A stretch of DNA of 64,000 nt, taken from contig CAWFQB010000004.1 of assembly GCA_963817895.1 (NCBI GenBank), positions 448,001 to 512,000 on the forward strand, in the 5' to 3' direction. The notes beneath the pieces are model-generated. The model had not been told where the DNA came from. It made no database searches and saw only the letters and a list, made by a program, of their open reading frames with translations. Origin of the DNA: an uncultured Chthonomonadaceae bacterium (GTDB lineage: Bacteria > Armatimonadota > Chthonomonadetes > Chthonomonadales > Chthonomonadaceae). Positions 56,429-64,000 of this stretch are shown one piece after another (within the stretch, counting starts at the first letter, position 1; each line of letters starts with the position of its first letter). The position numbers and the translations under genes were made by a program.

Positions 56429-57322
56429 ATGAGAGTATTCATAACGGGAGCAACCGGATTCATTGGTTCAGCCTTGATTCCTGAGTTGATTCAGGCGGGC
56501 CACACGGTTCTGGGCATGACGCGGTCGGAGAAAGGCGCCGAAAGGCTGACGAAGGCCGGGGCTGACGTTCATTACGGCACTCTTGAGGAGATCGAGAGCC
56601 TGAAATCAGGAGCCTCTCTGGCCGACGCCGTCATCCATCTGGCGTTCAATCATGACTTTTCAAGGATTCAGGCAAGCTGCGAGGAGGATCAACGCGCAAT
56701 TGAGGCGATAGGGGAAGCACTCGCGGGTTCGGGGCGACCGTTCATCGGCACGGCAGGCGTTTTGGTTGACAACCTGACCACCGGAAAGCCTTTTGATGAG
56801 GACGATACGAAGCCCGCCTCCCAATTCCCCCGGGTATCGGAAGAAGCCACTCTGGCGACGGTCGAAAAAGGAGTGAAGGGAAGCGTGATGCGCTTATCCC
56901 AGATTTACGACACGCGGCAGCAAGGACTTGTGAGTTTCTTGATTCAGATTGCCCTGGCGAAAAAGGTAGCGGCCTATGTCGGCGATGGCGGCAGCCGGTG
57001 GGCGGCGGCGCACGTCAGCGATACCGCGCGGCTTTACCGGTTGGCTCTGGAAAAGGGCGAGGCTGGATTCAAATGGCATGCCGTTGGCGAACAGGGCGTG
57101 ACTGCCAGGGACATAGCGGAAGCGCTTGGCCGACGTTTGAACCTGCCGGTGGTTTCAATTACTCCTGAAGAGGCTCCTGCGCACTTCGGTTTTCTCGGCC
57201 ATTTCATGGCGCTTGACTCGCCCACTGCGAATACGAAGACCCGCGAACGGCTGGGATGGGAGCCGACGGGACCCTCGCTTATCGAAGATCTAAATCAACT
57301 TGTTTTGCCGGAAGAAGCCTGA
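56429..57322 (+). CDS. Atypical SDR / NAD-dependent epimerase-dehydratase
   Basis: MRVFITGATGFIGS, VIHLAFNHDF, W.A.HV.D.ARLY.LALE. Confidence 0.92.
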   Translation: MRVFITGATGFIGSALIPELIQAGHTVLGMTRSEKGAERLTKAGADVHYGTLEEIESLKSGASLADAVIHLAFNHDFSRIQASCEEDQRAIEAIGEALAGSGRPFIGTAGVLVDNLTTGKPFDEDDTKPASQFPRVSEEATLATVEKGVKGSVMRLSQIYDTRQQGLVSFLIQIALAKKVAAYVGDGGSRWAAAHVSDTARLYRLALEKGEAGFKWHAVGEQGVTARDIAEALGRRLNLPVVSITPEEAPAHFGFLGHFMALDSPTANTKTRERLGWEPTGPSLIEDLNQLVLPEEA

Positions 57323-57382
57323 GTTTATCCGGTGATTGTCGCGGGTTGAGTTTGTGGTATAACAACATCACGACTCCTTCAT

Positions 57383-57454
57383 TAGACCTCTTTCATAAGT
57401 TCTTGTAAGCGCGGCAGGTTTCATCTCATTCAACAGACTTACGAAAGAGGTCTA
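57383..57454. mobile_element. 72-bp MITE-like element with TA ends
   Basis: TAGACCTCTTTCATAAGT ... ACTTACGAAAGAGGTCTA, 18-bp inverted ends with one mismatch. Confidence 0.6.
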
Positions 57455-57570
57455 TTTACCCCATTCCGCCCCAATCCTTTGCAGGATTCCGCCTGTTTCT
57501 GTTGAATTCTAACGTCGCTGCTCAAACAGGTTGCCCATCCGGTCGTGATGAGTCCTCTTACCGCGCCCTG

Positions 57571-57701
57571 AGAGCCTATCCCGATAGGTTCCCCTTCCCC
57601 CAGGTTGCGTATTTCCAAAGCGAAGCAGAAATACGCAACCTGGGGGAAGGGGTATGTCTACAAGAGGACGCCCGGATTGAGGGCTAATTGGGATAGGCTC
57701 T
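57571..57701. mobile_element. ~130-bp MITE-like element with internal 25-bp perfect hairpin
   Basis: Terminal IR AGAGCCTATCCC / GGGATAGGCTCT; inner arms at 57591-57615 and 57628-57652. Confidence 0.65.
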
Positions 57702-57739
57702 TAGTTGGCTGGCTACAATTTGTTAAGATGGAGAAACCA

Positions 57740-58823
57740 ATGCAATATGGATTGAATATAAACCCTGCGCGTGGGCTGGACTTAGTCTCACTGGGGGCAC
57801 TTGTCCACCGCCTGGATACCGGGATCATTCCCTTCCGCAAGGCAACCGAGTGCCAGATTCATGTCAGCGGCGGCGAGTTCAACGTGGCCGCCAATATGGC
57901 GGACTGCTTCCGGCTCAAGACGGGGATTGTCACCGCGATGGTGGATTACCCGGTCGGGGATTTGGTTGCGGATCGGGTCCGGGCGATGGGGGTCGAGCCA
58001 TTCTACAAACGCTACTCACACGATGGCGTCAGCGGCCCCAATATCGCCTCCGTTTACAGCGACCGTGGTTTTGGGAGCGCGCGCGCCCGTTGTCTTTTAC
58101 AACCGCGCCAATGAGGCCGCCGCGCAGCTCAAGCCGGGCAACTTCGACTGGACGGCCATCTTCGCGAACGGGGCGCGTTGGTTTCACAGTGGCGGCATTT
58201 TCGCCGCGCTTTCCGAAACAACCTCCGAGGTAATTCTGGAGGGAATGGCGGCGGCAAAGGCTGCCGGCGCAATCATCTCCCTCGATCTCAATTTCCGCGA
58301 GAAGCTCTGGCGGAAGTCGGGAGGCGCGGCCCGCGCCCAGGAAGTATTAGGGCGCATCATGGCGTATGTGGACGTGCTTGTCGGAAACGAAGAAGACATG
58401 CAGAAGGGACTCGGCATCTATGGCCCGGAGGTTTCCGAGAAGTCTAGCCTCGACCCCAGCACCTTCTTCGGGATGATTGATCGCGTGGTGGAACAGTACC
58501 CGCAGGTGAAGATCGTGGCGACGACCCTGCGGGAAGTACATTCCACAAACCGGCATACATGGAGCGCGGTCGCCTGGGTGGACGGCCAGACATACGTGGC
58601 TCCGACCTGTGATCTAGATGTTTATGATCGCGTCGGCGGGGGCGATGGATTTGCCTCCGGCTTCTTCTACGGCCTGCTCACGGGCGAGACGCCGCAGGCA
58701 GCAATCAACCTGGGATGGGCGCACGGGGCGCTGCTGACGACGTTTCCCGGCGATACGACAATGGCAACGCTGGATCAAGTCCGCGCCTACGCGCAGGGTG
58801 GCTCCGCGCGAATTCAGCGTTAA
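57740..58823 (+). CDS. kdgK: PfkB family sugar kinase, 2-dehydro-3-deoxygluconokinase-like, frameshift near 58075
   Basis: GGEFNVA, WFHSGGIFAAL, DLNFREKLW, GNEED, DRVGGGDGFASG. Confidence 0.8.
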
Positions 58824-58897
58824 TCAAGCGCCCCTCCGGGCAAGTGAAAAGAGCGGCTGCCTGGCCGCTCTTCCATCAAGGTTGACCGCGACAGACC

Positions 58898-59422
58898 TCA
58901 AGTCAAAGAACTGCTCATGCGAGAATCAGCGTTGTTTCGTAGAACGTCGGGGGCGTCTACCCACCCCATTCCGACTTCCTCCGAAAGACGTTTCACCGTT
59001 GCTTTATCTGCCGTCATGGGCAAACCCTTTGGGGGAAGCGTCCGAGTTTCGGCAGGCTGCGCTGCTTCGATAATCATTCTTTCGAAACCCGCCGGGGTAT
59101 AAGAGTTCAAAACGCGCGCCGTTTCGGTATCCACGCGAAAGCTGTGGACGGTGCCAGGCGGCACAGTGACGAAGGAGCCTGCGCCGGCCGTGATGGTTTC
59201 GTCGCCAACGAGGAAGGTGATCTCGCCCTCGAGAATATAGAACATCTCCCGCTGTTCGTGCGTGTGAGGCGGTGGCCCGGAGTCCTTCGGGCAAAGTTGT
59301 TCCATCAGGGAATATTGACCGTTGGTGGTTTCGCCGGTGGCGAGAATGAGCCAGAGAATGTCCACCTCCCAATAGGCGGGAGCATGGGAATTACTCTGAA
59401 CAAGCGCGTTGAGTATCATCAT
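58898..59422 (-). CDS. Cupin domain protein, quercetin dioxygenase-like
   Basis: T.GQYSL.E, GPPPHTH...E.FYILEG, P.GTVHSF, TPAGFE. Confidence 0.85.
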   Translation of the reverse strand: MMILNALVQSNSHAPAYWEVDILWLILATGETTNGQYSLMEQLCPKDSGPPPHTHEQREMFYILEGEITFLVGDETITAGAGSFVTVPPGTVHSFRVDTETARVLNSYTPAGFERMIIEAAQPAETRTLPPKGLPMTADKATVKRLSEEVGMGWVDAPDVLRNNADSRMSSSLT

Positions 59423-59449
59423 TTTACCTCTTCCTGATTTCACCTGGGT

Positions 59450-60338
59450 TCAGGAACGTTTTCCAATCGCGTCCTGTAGTTTCGTCCATACGACATCGGG
59501 ATAACGGGCGTTATCCAGTGATTGATGATGCGCGCTGAACATGCTCTGCATGTACTGACTCTGCTGCCAGCCTGCATACAGCTCGTTCTCGCCCTCGGGA
59601 TGCGCGGCGCGTTCGCGCTTGTTGTACACACCCAAATCTTCCAGACTTCCTATGCGCGCGAGCGTGAAAGGCGTTTTCAAAGTCTCCCCGGTGAACTTGA
59701 CAAGATCATTGGGGCTGACTTGAAAACTCGCAATCTTCAGAGCGCGCGGCGTTGTGGGATCGAGGGCGGCGGCGGCGGTATAGGCGGCGGTGTCATCCAT
59801 CGTGGTGAAGTCAATATGCCAATCAGGATCTTCCCAATACCCGACCGTCTTCTTTTCAAAGTCCAGAAGCGGAACGTTATAGGTCAGAATTTCGCCGAAG
59901 GCTCCGTTGAAGATGGAGGTCGAAGCGATGGGCGCGACATCCAGGCGTTTGTGAAACTCGCGCCGCAGATCAAAATTGCGATTCTCGCCTTCCGGCAACG
60001 TGGTGAAGTCGGTGCAAAAATCCGACGGAATGAACCGTGGCACTCCCGCCGCAATAGCCGCTTCCAGCAAAACGGACTGAGCCTCAACAATCACGTCCCG
60101 CAGTCCTTGAAATCGCAGAAACCACGCAACCTGATCCGGCGCATGCTCTGGCGATGTCGGCGGCGCTTGACATGTCAACGACAGCGACCTTTACGCCAAA
60201 TTCTTCTAACGCCTTGATTTTGTCGGCCTCCGCTCCGACCCGCGTAAGCGCGACCACGTTGGCTCCTCGTCCGAGGAGAGCCTTTGTGATGCGCTTGCCA
60301 AGATTACCTGTCGCGCCCGCTACCACGATTGTCGTCAT
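59450..60338 (-). CDS. NmrA / aromatic alcohol reductase family, frameshifted near 60090-60140
   Basis: IVVAGATGNLG in one frame; AAIAAGVPRFIPSDF and DFTTMDDTAAYTA in another. Confidence 0.85.
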
Positions 60339-60422
60339 TGCCACGCTCCTTACCCGATGTCTTTAATCGGGGTTTGTGAAACCACTGCTTTCCGACCTTT
60401 GGAAGGAAACTGCCTCAGAATA

Positions 60423-60479
60423 AGTTACCACTGGTAACTAATCTTAAACAGAGTGTAGCACAGAGTAACCACCGGTTAC
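60423..60479. promoter_or_regulatory. Two palindromic operators upstream of the NmrA-cupin operon
   Basis: AGTTACCACTGGTAACT (60423-60439) and GTAACCACCGGTTAC (60465-60479). Confidence 0.75.
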
Positions 60480-60584
60480 AAGACTAATGGAAATATTATC
60501 AAGGAAAATTTTCAGGGGACGATTTTCTTAGCGGTTTCTGTGGCGCGCCTGCGAGGAGGGGCTTACAAACTAAGTGCGCTCCCA

Positions 60585-61229
60585 TCAGGAGAAGGCTTCC
60601 GGCTCTGAAGCGATTGTTTTCAGGCCCGCCCACATGATCTTGATGGATTGCTCCACGACGCTGGCCGGCGACGACAGGTGCGGAATGTTTCCCTGGACGA
60701 TCAAAACCATGGTCAGCCCGAAAATGGAGTTCCACCAGGTATGCGCGTCCAGCAGTGGGTCTGCCATGCTCAACCCGCTGTAGCGCGAACACTCAATGAA
60801 TACCTTCACCAGGCGTTCGAACAGGGGTCTGCCAATGGCGTTGATGTAGTCTCCAGCGCGGATGCCGTTGCGGTCTTCCGGCCCGAAGAAGACGATGCGA
60901 AAATGCTGGGGGTGCGTCAAACCGAAGCGAACGAAGCCGCGTGAGGTTTGGAAGAGACAATCTTCGGGGTTCGCCGCCGCGACCGCGATGGCGTCGAACT
61001 CGGCGACAAGGAGGGCGAACGTCTCGCGACAAAGTTCGGCGAGAAGATGCGATTTATCAGGAAAGTATCGGTACAAACTGGCGTGCGTACAACCCATTTC
61101 TTCTGCAATCGCGCGTAACGTCACGTTTTCGTAACCTAATTTAGAAAAAAGGCGGCTGGCAACGTCGAGAATATCTTTGCGGCGCTGATCGCGGCGCTCT
61201 TCTTTGCGACTGCTCGATGGGGTACTCAT
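60585..61229 (-). CDS. TetR/AcrR family regulator (WHG-type C-domain)
   Basis: GYENVTLRAIAEEMGCTHASLYRYFPDK; W.SIFGL. Confidence 0.92.
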   Translation of the reverse strand: MSTPSSSRKEERRDQRRKDILDVASRLFSKLGYENVTLRAIAEEMGCTHASLYRYFPDKSHLLAELCRETFALLVAEFDAIAVAAANPEDCLFQTSRGFVRFGLTHPQHFRIVFFGPEDRNGIRAGDYINAIGRPLFERLVKVFIECSRYSGLSMADPLLDAHTWWNSIFGLTMVLIVQGNIPHLSSPASVVEQSIKIMWAGLKTIASEPEAFS

Positions 61230-61320
61230 TATATATTAGAATACCCGGGTTCGGCCAACATTTGGATATAGAGAAGATTGCCATGACCGATAGTTGGATC
61301 AATCGTGATGCTCCAGCAAT

Positions 61321-62253
61321 TCACGGCCTGGCGGCTAATAAATGTTTTTGTACAAACGCCATGATGTGCGTCACCGCTTCCTGCGGATTTTTGCCGAAAT
61401 CGGCATGGCCTGCCCCTTCCAGACGCAGAAAGTCCACATCTGCCCCCTTCTCTTTGAGCTTTGCCGCAAACTCCTCCGACTGGGTAATAGACACCAGCGT
61501 ATCCGCCGTGCCATGCGTCAGGAGCGTCGGAACCGTCTTCTTGCTGACATACGATATGGGACTGGCCGCCCGGTATTGCGCTGCCTCCTGCGAAGGTGTT
61601 CCTCCCAAAAATCCTTCCAGCGCGCTGCGCAGTCCGCGCCCCTCCTCTTCCTTCTGCTGAAACGTGTCGCGATATATCCGCGCGAGATCGTAGGGGCCGC
61701 TCATGCAAATCATGGCGCAAATGGCGCTGGACTGTTCGGGATTCCCTCCCGTGCCTTCCCACCTCTTCTCCCCATTGGTCGTTCCCAGCAGCGCCACGAG
61801 ATGCGCCCCGGCGGAGCCACCCAATGCCCCGATACGCCTGGGGTCAATGTGGTATTTGTCGGCATTAGCCCGCAGCCAGCGCACCGCGCACTTCACGTCT
61901 TCAACCTGCGCGGGAAAGCGGTATTTTGGAGCGAATCGGTATTCAATCGAGATACACACGATGCCCTGTTGCGCAAGGGAATATAAGAAGGGACGCAAGC
62001 TCTCTTTGTCGCCGCCGATCCACCCACCGCCATGCACCAACACCAGCGCCGGAAAGGGGCCGCTTCCCTGTTTGGGACGAGCCAGGTCCAGATGCAGTGG
62101 CTGCTGGCCTCCAGTTCCGAAGACAAGGTTGGTTTCCAGCGCGATGTTGGGCGGAGGAGCCTGCGCCTGTTTCTTGACGAAGGCTGCCAGAACCAGAAAG
62201 CTCAACAGAGCTAGACAACTCAGCAGCAAGACTGACAAAGCGCGTTTGCGCAT
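61321..62253 (-). CDS. Exported alpha/beta hydrolase (HSL / BD-FAE-like esterase)
   Basis: HGGGW, YRFAP, GGSAGAHL, HGTAD.LV, GAGH; N-terminal signal. Confidence 0.9.
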   Translation of the reverse strand: MRKRALSVLLLSCLALLSFLVLAAFVKKQAQAPPPNIALETNLVFGTGGQQPLHLDLARPKQGSGPFPALVLVHGGGWIGGDKESLRPFLYSLAQQGIVCISIEYRFAPKYRFPAQVEDVKCAVRWLRANADKYHIDPRRIGALGGSAGAHLVALLGTTNGEKRWEGTGGNPEQSSAICAMICMSGPYDLARIYRDTFQQKEEEGRGLRSALEGFLGGTPSQEAAQYRAASPISYVSKKTVPTLLTHGTADTLVSITQSEEFAAKLKEKGADVDFLRLEGAGHADFGKNPQEAVTHIMAFVQKHLLAARP

Positions 62254-62488
62254 TTGCACTCCTTTTCGATACTCCCGGTACGGTTCACATGGGAGGAGCC
62301 TGTCCGGTTTCACGAGTAACACCGACAGAGAGAGAGATAAACGAACCGGCAGAAAGGAACCACTTCATCAGGTAATATTTAGACCGTGAACTGATGTGAT
62401 TGGTTTCAGATCGCTTATATTAATTAACACACAAGGACGTTATCTTACCTGATCAAGCAGCCGGACAATCGAAAGCGAGGATTTCAAA

Positions 62489-62827
62489 ATGGACAAACAG
62501 CATACCGGGCAAGTTTCCTGCGCGAATTTCGAATTCAGTGGGACGATCTGGTACTGGAAAGGTCCGTCTCCGTATCATTTTCTGACGGTTCCCGCCGCGC
62601 AATCAGGTGAGTTGAAGGAGATTGTCCATCTTGTCACTTATGGTTGGGGAATGATTCCCGTCCAGGCCCATCTTGGCAGTACAAGTTTCACAACGTCGCT
62701 GTTTCACAAAGACGGGCGCTATGTCTTGCCCCTCAAGGACAGCGTCCGAAAGGCGGAAGGCGTAACAGAAGGGGATCAGGTGACTGCGCGTATTGAGGTG
62801 AAAGTCCGGAGCAGAGAATCGTTATAG
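62489..62827 (+). CDS. DUF1905 domain protein
   Basis: IWYWKGPSPYHF, TYGWGMIPV, TTSLF.KDG.Y.LPLK..VRKAE. Confidence 0.85.
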   Translation: MDKQHTGQVSCANFEFSGTIWYWKGPSPYHFLTVPAAQSGELKEIVHLVTYGWGMIPVQAHLGSTSFTTSLFHKDGRYVLPLKDSVRKAEGVTEGDQVTARIEVKVRSRESL

Positions 62828-62993
62828 CAATCGCTGAAACTGGCGTTGCGCGGCAGGAAACCAATCGCCGCTAAAATCGTACCTTCACTATCGGCGTTTA
62901 CATTTTTTAAGCTGATAAGGCTCATTCCGAGTTCCTTCCGATGTGGACAGGCGAACATTGTTTTCCTGTTATTCATTTTTAGGAGATGCTTTC

Positions 62994-64000
62994 ATGGTCA
63001 AGCTGCCTATTGGTTTCCGCAAGCGAACGAGCGCGCCGTCCCCTTCCACACAGCCGTACAGCCCGCAAACGCTGCGCAAGGCGTCGCGATTGGATGGCGC
63101 GACTTTGACGAAAAGCATCTGTCCGTATTGCGCGGTCGGGTGCAGTCTGGATGTGTATACCAAGGGCGGCAAGCTGATTGACATCGAGGGCAACCCGGAC
63201 AGCCCCATCAATGAGGGTACGCTGTGTCCCAAAGGCGCGAACAGTTTCCAACTCGCCGTCAATCCGCATCGCGTGAAAACCGTGCTGTACCGCGCGCCCT
63301 ATTCGGATAAGTGGGAACAGAAGCCTCTGGCGTGGGCGATGGAGCAGATCGCGCAACGCGTCAAAATGGCGCGGGATAAAGGCTGGAAAGATACGTCCGA
63401 AGAGGGGCTTCAGCTCAACCACGTTACCAACGTCGGCACCCTGGGCGGCGCGACTCTGGACAACGAAGAAAACTACCTCATCAAGAAACTGTTCTCAGCC
63501 GGGTTGGGCATCCTTTCCGTAGAGAATCAGGCGCGCATTTGACACTCCGCTTCCGTCCCCGGTCTGGGGGCGTCATTCGGCAGGGGCGCGGCCACCACCA
63601 ATCAGCAGGACTTGCAGAACAGCGATTGCATTCTCATCATGGGTTCCAATATGGCCGAAGCGCATCCCGTCGGCTTCCGCTGGCCCATGAAAGCCAAAGC
63701 GAAGGGCGGCAAAATCATCCATGTTGACCCGCGCTTTTCCCGCACGTCTGCCCTTGCCGACGTGTACGTTCCCATTCGGGCGGGAACCGACATCGCATTT
63801 TTAGGCGGGCTAATCAACTACGTTCTGACGCAGGAGCGCTGGTTCAGGGAGTACGTTCTCGCGTATACCAACGCTTCCACGATCATCGCGGAGGGTTTTG
63901 AAGGCGCGGAGGATTTGGACGGCCTGTTCAGCGGCTATGACCCAAAACAGCGCAGATATGAGGCGGCAAAGGGGCATTGGGGCTACAAAGATTCCGCAAG
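62994..64000 (+). CDS. fdnG: Formate dehydrogenase major subunit, selenocysteine-containing (3' end beyond the window)
   Basis: SICPYCAVGC, IEGNPDSPINEGTLCPKG; ENQARI-TGA(63540)-HSASVPGLGASFGRGAAT continuing in frame to GSNMAEAHPVGF, HVDPRFSRTSA, IRAGTDIAFLGGLI. Confidence 0.92.
63540..63572 (+). promoter_or_regulatory. Sec codon and bacterial SECIS hairpin
   Basis: TGA, 11 nt, then stem CGTCCCC / GGGGGCG with GGTCT loop. Confidence 0.8.

Noticed and set aside
57541..57560. GTGATGAG as a hammerhead ribozyme core
   Set aside because: It lacks the CUGANGA core and a properly placed GAAA with supporting stems.
62395..62410. CRP/FNR-like site TGTGA-N6-TCAGA
   Set aside because: A single imperfect match with no supporting context.
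62943..63542. Truncated 199-aa FDH or pseudogene
   Set aside because: The stop is at the conserved Sec position, with a SECIS-like hairpin and continued reading frame.

Overview
GC-rich (by eye) bacterial chromosomal window, most likely Armatimonadota (inferred from a PEP-CTERM gene, Uma2 paralogues, an LVRAS/LLRAA-tail protein and the lipoprotein style; no marker gene was checked). From left to right it holds: (1) a complete alternative complex III (actABCDEFG) operon followed by SCO and A2-type caa3 oxidase genes, with heme O/A synthases and Rex-like operators (1-15.9 kb, minus strand); (2) a PEP-CTERM gene with a sigma-54 promoter and mixed accessory genes (nucleotidyltransferase pair, ankyrin, YncE-phosphoesterase, GNATs, Uma2, two Gfo/Idh/MocA paralogues, an orphan flhF); (3) ispH, rpiA, kynU/kynB and sugar-acid catabolic genes; (4) a five-gene surface locus at 41.7-50.5 kb with three Ig-rich lipoproteins, a small beta-barrel and an exported WD40-caspase; (5) a lower-GC patch, an ABC-F gene, two TetR modules with visible operators, and a selenocysteine formate dehydrogenase running off the right end. 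The top hypothesis is that the 41.7-50.5 kb locus is a protease-matured, donor-strand-exchange filament analogous to type V pili: the C-terminal tail of each lipoprotein mimics the N-terminal strand of the next, and Arg sites follow that strand. A second theme is a family of inverted micro-repeat hairpins with different 7/8/10-nt units that fill intergenic spaces and sometimes enter coding frames. Many conserved genes carry single frameshifts, most likely assembly indel errors. No rRNA, tRNA or CRISPR array was seen.
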